DNA of 64,000 nucleotides from Octopus vulgaris. Lineage: Eukaryota. The stretch is from positions 26,288,001 through 26,352,000 of the forward strand of contig OX597816.1 of the NCBI GenBank assembly GCA_951406725.2. Reading direction: 5' to 3'. A program made the translations under genes and the position numbers. This document shows positions 57,180 through 64,000 of this stretch, in pieces. A model generated the notes under the pieces. It was not told the DNA's origin, made no database searches, and worked only from the letters and a program-made list of their open reading frames with translations. Positions within the stretch are counted from its first letter, which is position 1, and each line of letters opens with the position of its first letter.

Positions 57180-57583
57180 GCTGGCAGAAACGTTAGCACG
57201 CCCGGCGAAATGCTTAGCAGTAGTTCGTCTGCCGTTACGTTCTGAGTTCAAATTCTGCCGAGGTCGACTTTGCCTTTCATATTTTCGGGGTCGATAAATT
57301 AAGTACCAGTTACGCACTGGGGTCCATGTAATAGACTTAATCCGTTTGTCTGTCCTTGTTTGTCCTCTGCTTAGCCCCTTGTGGGTAGTAAAGAAATGGG
57401 TAGTTCGTCTGCCGTTACATTTTGAGTTCAAATTCCGCCGAGGTTGACTTTGCCTTTCATCCTTTCGAGGGTGATAAATTAAGTACCAGTTACGTACTGG
57501 GGGTCGATGTAATCAACTTAATCGCTTTGTTTGTCCTTGTTTGTCCCCTCTATGTTTAGCCCCTTGTGTGCAATAAAGAAATA
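57180..57583 (+). mobile_element. Dimeric SINE family B with TSD
   Basis: TSD agaaatcggtgacaa at 57165-57179 and 57584-57598. Confidence 0.88.
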
Positions 57584-58292
57584 AGAAATCGGTGACAATG
57601 ATGAGGAAAGCTTGCGTGCATGAACAACTGCTGTTCACCTTCAAAGCTTTTCGCTCAGCTCTGTACCTTCACGATCTAAACTGAAAAATGTCCTATAGGA
57701 AACAGAATAAAGTCACATTCCTCCTCATTCATTACTGGATAACCTCCTTTGGAAAAGAAACACATTCTTTACTGACAAACTGCCTGTTTGTTGTTATTTT
57801 TCCCAACAGCTTATATCTAATAGTTCGCCTTGTCTAGCAACACTAGCGAAAGAATGATTATTGTGTTGTTGTGATTCTTTCTGTTTGTGTCATGTGAATT
57901 AATTATTTCACTTCTTAAAAATTAAATATTTTCCTCATTTAACAAAAAGTAAGTTTTCTCTTCAACTGTGTTTATTTTTTGCTGTTGATATTTTTTTTTT
58001 TCTGTTTTTACTCTGTGTTGTTAAGTTCAAAGTTAGTTTTCTTGGGGCGTTCCCCGCTGTTTTAGCACAAGAAATCTCATTGAAATGAAATGTAAACACA
58101 CGAAAATAAAATTATAATATATCTGAAAACAGACGCTCTTTGTTCAACCCAAATATTTGGGCAAACGTTCACACTGTTCGTGGGGTGACGTGTTTGAAGA
58201 TATTCGAAAACAGAAAGCTTTACGTTCAGTAAATATAGCTAAAATCCAGTTTTATCTGAACGACCGAAAAATAAGTGCGTTCTGAGTAAACG

Positions 58293-58361
<69 letters not shown>

Positions 58362-58365
<4 letters not shown>

Positions 58366-58953
58366 TATGTAAACACTACAAAACCAACACTCCTGCTTAC
58401 TGGTGTGAACATCATCCTGAGCCAGTCGTTGAAGGTAAAAATGTCACTATCCTCTGAGATTTTTCTGTCAACACTGATGGAACCATCAAGGCTAATCGTG
58501 CAGACAATTATTAAAGACAAGGAAGAAAATACTTGTAGACTAATAGATGTAAGTGTTCCCACTGATAAAAATATATCTGTAAAGGAATTTGACATACTAA
58601 GTAAATATAAGGATCTAGAAATTGAAAGATGTGGCATCTTAAAGCAAGGATTGTTCCTATTATTGTAGGTGCCCTAGGTATGATAAAGAAAGGGATGTCT
58701 GACAACGTCCCAGGAGAACCATGTCTCCGAGAAATCCAAAAGGTTGTGCTGACAAGTACTATCCACATCCTTAGAGAAACCCTATCAATTTAAATGTATG
58801 TGTTGTATTACATGGAGATATTTCGTTACACCCCCCTGTCACTTCCCCTCCTCAAGCTTTCAGTCATACTGTAACATCTCTTATCCATAACTCGCCCTAG
58901 GACGCTGGGTGTGTCTCGGCGAGTGATTGTAACAAACATGCAAATTAAAAGTT
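58362..58953 (+). mobile_element. 5'-truncated Dong/R4-clade LINE inserted in a (TAA)n array
   Basis: ICKHY..WCEHHPEPVVEGKNVTIL*DF..ANRAD..IKDKEENTCRLIDVSVPTDKN..SKYKDLEIE..VPIIVGALG..IQKVVLTSTIHILR; 3' hairpin actcgcc...ggcgagt; (TAA)n on both sides. Confidence 0.88.
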
Positions 58954-58966
58954 AATAATAATAATG

Positions 58967-59043
<77 letters not shown>

Positions 59044-59044
<1 letters not shown>

Positions 59045-59583
59045 TACCAGGCGGTGGCTCTCGTTGCTTCTGATCTTAACTGATTGGAAGTGTTATCATG
59101 TATATTGTTTTGTCTTGGTATAAAAGATGGGCTACAGCAGATATTCTGCTCAATACCACAGATTTGCTTGTCAGTTGTTTGACCGTAACCAGTTGATCAT
59201 GTCCCTTAGTGGCTGACGATATGTGCATCTCTGATCACGAGCAGAAGTGGGGGAGCATCATAGCCATTTGTTGAGAGGGATTCTTTGGAGTTTGAATAAT
59301 TCACCTCTGGAAACATGAGTGGTTAGTTCAACATCCTTAAACAATCCTTATTCAGGGACCTTTTGAACAGGATGGGTTACTCGACCAGAAGAAAATTCTA
59401 ACTGGGCCCTACCTGCAAGGTCACGGTCTGTTTATCTTGATATGAGATCACCATGTAGCGCACATATGGTTGTGATGCATGTGCCTGGTGTACTCTTATC
59501 AGACGGGTAGTCATGATGAGTATACTGGGCTTCGTATATTTTACCCCTGTTTTACTTTGATGGCATGCACTGCTCTCTCACCC
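59044..59583. mobile_element. Unclassified 540 bp non-coding insert bounded by (TAA)n
   Basis: Complex sequence with sharp boundaries inside a TAA array; no recognisable ORF. Confidence 0.55.
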
Positions 59584-59650
<67 letters not shown>

Positions 59651-60353
59651 TTAATAAAGGGGCACTAAAGCAGCTTTGACAAATAATGACATTATAGTAT
59701 TTACTTTATCATCAAAGCAATTCCAAACGATTATAATCTTGTGACGGGCGCGGGGAGCACTGAAAATCGAGAAATAACTACACCGACCTAGCTATTGAAC
59801 TACCAACATTATAGGAACGTATCTATCATTCTATTTATGTATTGATACAGATATAGTGAGATTCAACCATTTCTGTGAAGATATCAACAATTTCTCAAAT
59901 TCTTTATAAGACATCGAGACGTTCTTAAAACAAATTAGCAAGGCTAGGATTTGTAAGATTATTAGGGTATTCCCACTGAGTATTTAATCATATTTGATAA
60001 GCTTTAATATATCTTCTTAACCCTGTACATCCTCATTCTCCTTGAAAATCCTATGTAACCTAGAATACTTCTAAGATGTTTCTCATTGTATATACTCGTT
60101 AACCTTGAATATTTTTTTTAACCTTCAGCACTTGGCTCTCCTATCAAGGATGTTATTCACCACCTTCAACACTTCTAAGCATGTTTTTTCAAGATGTACA
60201 TAGTTCTTATTTCAAAAAACAAAAACATCAGGAGTATTTTTCGAATAACTAACAACAACAACAATAATGATGATGATAATTCTTGGGGAGGCTTCTGGTG
60301 ACCAAACTTCGGGATAATACTTTTCATAATTAAATTAGCATGCAATAGTATTT

Positions 60354-60404
<51 letters not shown>

Positions 60405-60663
60405 TTTGGCACAAGGCCAGCAACTCAAAGAAAGTGGACAGGTCGATTAAATCGAGCCCAGTCTTCAACTGGTACTTATTTCACAGTTCTATACTTAAAA
60501 GATGAGGAATTATGTACATTATTAACATTATTTACATTTGACGGGCATGTGGGATAGTGGTTAAGAGTGTGCGCTACTAGCCCCAAGATTCCGAGTTCGA
60601 TTCCAAGCAACAACAACACTAATAACATCATCAATAGCAACGACGACGATGACGATGATGTAC

Positions 60664-60694
<31 letters not shown>

Positions 60695-61772
60695 GGTGGT
60701 GGTGGTGGTGGTAGTAGTAGTATTAGTAGTAAAGACGGCTCTTTAATTTAAGTACAAGCCATATACCAGGACCAAATAAATCTACTTCCCTCCCCTCTCC
60801 CCCACACACACTTAAGTATATGTATGACCTTGTGATGTTACTAGGAGGACATTCTTGACGTAATTTAGGAGCGAGGATTTGGTAGAATCCTTAGACTAAA
60901 CGCACTACAAGCACAGTAATTTAGTAATAGAGTATTTTGATTTATCCATCTAAGTCTGTGCTTAAATTTCCGCCATTACCTACTTTATTTTTTTAATTCT
61001 CCCTTCCAGTCTTAGTAAACTATAATTTAGTTATATATTGCATTGTGATCGATTCGTTCGACCACACCCTTCTCGTTAAATGCTCTGTGTGGCCTTGTGC
61101 CATATCATATAATATGAAGTTTTGTATATATTAAAAAACACGTTTCAATATCCGTTTCCTTCAGAGATTCCATTTTGAGGCTAGCAACGCAGCCAAAGAA
61201 TAGACTGTCCGCGTCAAAAAGGTAAAATAAACAATTATATAACAGTATCATATTATCTGATAAGCAGTAATCATCAGAGCCTCGAAAACGAAAAAAAAAA
61301 AAAGTAATAATAACGTTATCTCCTTTATCAGCAATGGCTAAATGTGTGATATATTTTCTATTACATATCAGCGCCATTGCACGCATGCATAAAACTATCT
61401 GAAAACTCGGCTAAGAAAAAAAATGTTTAAAAAGATTTTTTTTTTTAAATGATTGTTCATTACTTGGAATAGTAGTGTATTATCGTCTTTGGATGATGTT
61501 GATAGTTGATGTTGTAGAAGTAAGTTTAGAAGTCAATGATTGTAGGTTCAATCTCAGATAACAATACCCTGTTTTATTTTTATTTTATTTTTTTGTTGTT
61601 GTTGTTGTTGTTGCTGTTTATTAGTTCACGAATTAATGAGATCCCCACCCCCATCATCTTTCATGCCTTTTTCAATCAAGTTCTAAGCCATAATGACATG
61701 GGTGAGGGAAAATACTTGGACGAGCGTTCTTAGATAATAATACAAATACGATAGCGTTTCACATACGTAATA

Positions 61773-62180
61773 TACTCTTTACTTGTTTCAGTCATTTGAC
61801 TGCGGCCATGCTGGAGCACCGCCTTTAGTCGAGCAAATCGATCCCGGGACTTATTCTTTGAAAGCCTAGGACTTATTCTATCGGTCTCTTAGGCCGAACC
61901 GCTAAGTTACGGGGACGTAAACACACCAGCATCCGTTGTCAAGCGATGTTTGGAGGGAAAACACAGACACACAACCATATACACATACATACATATATAG
62001 ATATACATATATACGATGAGCTTCTTTCAGTTTCCGTCTACCAAATCCACTCACAAGGCTTTGGTCAGTCCCAGGCTGGCTATAGTAGAAGACACTTGCC
62101 CAAGGTGCCACGCAGTGGGACTGAACCCGGAGTCATGTGGCTAGTAAGCAAGCTACTTACCACACAGCCACTCATGCGCC
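61773..62180 (-). mobile_element. SINE family A, full length
   Basis: Complete head and tail. Confidence 0.92.
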
Positions 62181-62775
62181 TATATGTTAGTTGAAACACG
62201 GCGATTAAATTACCTTATCTTTGTATTTAGTAGACAAATTCTCCCTTTGTGTATGTTTAAAACCCACATTCAACAAACATGGTCGGTAGTAAAGACATTT
62301 GATAGTGTGTTGTAGGTGACACGAAGTTGAGGGCAAGAAAGAGAGGTCCGCATAACTCACTGTAACAGACTATGGATCGCCGTGTGCTTATAATATATTT
62401 AAATAATTACTTAAGTATAAGAAGCCAATGAGTGTGAAATCAGATCTAACGAGAAAACAACCTCTACCTGGTTACTTCTTGATCTGCTGAGCATAGTAGC
62501 CAAATATCCGTCAGATCATCGCTCTGGTGTCTTTAAACGAAGATAGACGTTGGATGATGTTGTTCAGAAAATATAATTACATACTGGAGAGAGGGAATAA
62601 TGAAGGAGGAACGGTCACAAACAAGAGAAGGTGATAACGGTTCGTAGATATGCTCGATCAGGGCGGACATGGGATGAGGGCTAGAGAAGTAGTTGTCGTA
62701 CTAGAAGAAGGAGGATCAGGGGGAGGGGGATGAAGTTGAAGCTGATGAGGAGGAAGAAAGAGGAGGGAAGAAGAT

Positions 62776-62811
62776 GAAGAAGAAGAAGAAGAAGAAGAAG
62801 AAGAAGAAGAA

Positions 62812-62858
<47 letters not shown>

Positions 62859-62977
62859 AGAAGAAGAAGAAGAAGAAGAAGAAGAAGAAGAAGAAGAAGA
62901 AGAAGAAGAAGAAGAAGAAGAAGAAGAAGAAGAAGAAGAAGAAGAAGAAGAAGAAGAAGAAGAAGAAGAAGAAGAAA
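62776..62977. repeat. (GAA)n tract, ~200 bp
   Basis: Nearly pure GAA array with one GAG interruption. Confidence 0.97.
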
Positions 62978-63261
62978 ATTATGAACACTGTGCGGTGATT
63001 TGTAACACTCGAAACTGATATAAGGTTACGTGCTCTTTCGGAAACCTTGAATTCACGCATGTGTGGGTATGTGGATGGGGCCTATTAAAAGGATGGGAGC
63101 GGGACTTATTAAAAGATGATTGTGCATATGTCACTTCTCGGAGTTTCTTGTTCGCGACCTTCAGGAGAATATTTCCTGAATGTGGAGAAGATATTTCAAG
63201 TAATTACACGCGGAGAATTGACTTCAAATTAGCAACAAGAATAATAATTATTATTATTATT

Positions 63262-63477
63262 CTCCTTTCTGCTATAGGCACAAGGCCTGAAATTTGTGGG
63301 GAGAGGACTAGTCGATTACATCGATCCAAGTGTTCCACTGGTACTTAATTTATCGAGCCCGAAACGATGAAAAGCAAAGTTGACTTCAGCAGAATTTGAA
63401 CTCACAACGTAGCGACGAGCGAAATACTACTAAACATTTCGTCCAACGCGCTAGCGATTCTGCCAGCTCACCGCCTT
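63262..63477 (-). mobile_element. SINE family B variant with alternative tail ending in (AAT)n
   Basis: B head/core plus ...aaatttcaggccttgtgcctatagcagaaagga(gaataataat). Confidence 0.8.
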
Positions 63478-63484
63478 AAATATT

Positions 63485-63554
<70 letters not shown>

Positions 63555-63925
63555 TTAATAATAATAAACTACTGAAATATTTACCTATGGGAGTGTGTAG
63601 TTTGGTGGTATGAGCAGGATAACTGGAACTCAAAAACATGTTTTTTAAACATTGTTTTTATTTTTATTTTTAATCGGCAGAAGTTATATATTTATTTATT
63701 GAATTGGTTAACGAGCAGACTATTTGAGCAAAAAAAAGGAAAAAGATTATTCAAATTTTAGTTTTTTTTCTCAAACAACCCAGAGATAATTATAAGTCAA
63801 CATAATATAATATTTATTATACATAAATTCTCATATTTGAAGCCAGTTTCATAGGTATATATGAGTACATGAGTATGTATGTATGTATGTATGTATGTAT
63901 GTATGTATGTATGTATGTATGTATG

Positions 63926-63961
<36 letters not shown>

Positions 63962-64000
63962 AGTGCAATACATGCACGCGCACACACATGTCTTTGGCAC

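Noticed and set aside
59205-59550. ctgacga and tgatgag motifs in the TAA-flanked element as hammerheads
   Set aside because: No correctly placed GAAA or closing stems
62774-62998. Poly-Lys ORF
   Set aside because: Translation of the (GAA)n microsatellite

Overview
Eukaryotic, extremely repeat- and microsatellite-rich window. The SINE families and simple-repeat load resemble an octopus/cephalopod genome (inference from recall, not verified). It contains: (1) a near-intact ~4.45 kb CR1/L2-group LINE at 1-4456 whose ORF1 looks like Myb/SANT-like + CCCH zinc finger, with an APE+RT ORF2 broken by one -1 G-run frameshift; (2) a probable ~2.4 kb first coding exon of an N/Q/S/T-rich, prion-like host protein (6343-8743, one frameshift, GT donor); (3) about 55 kb of probable intron or intergenic DNA. 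That region holds three tRNA-derived SINE families with swapped tails and a TSD-flanked dimer form, RLE (R4/Dong-type) and RTE LINE relics, Tc1/mariner-type MITEs, a non-autonomous Helitron, long hairpins, and at least 9 minimal hammerhead-ribozyme motifs of the Penelope-like type, most with palindromic stem III. Nearly all other ORFs in the supplied track are microsatellite translation artefacts. No prokaryotic features or CRISPR arrays are present.
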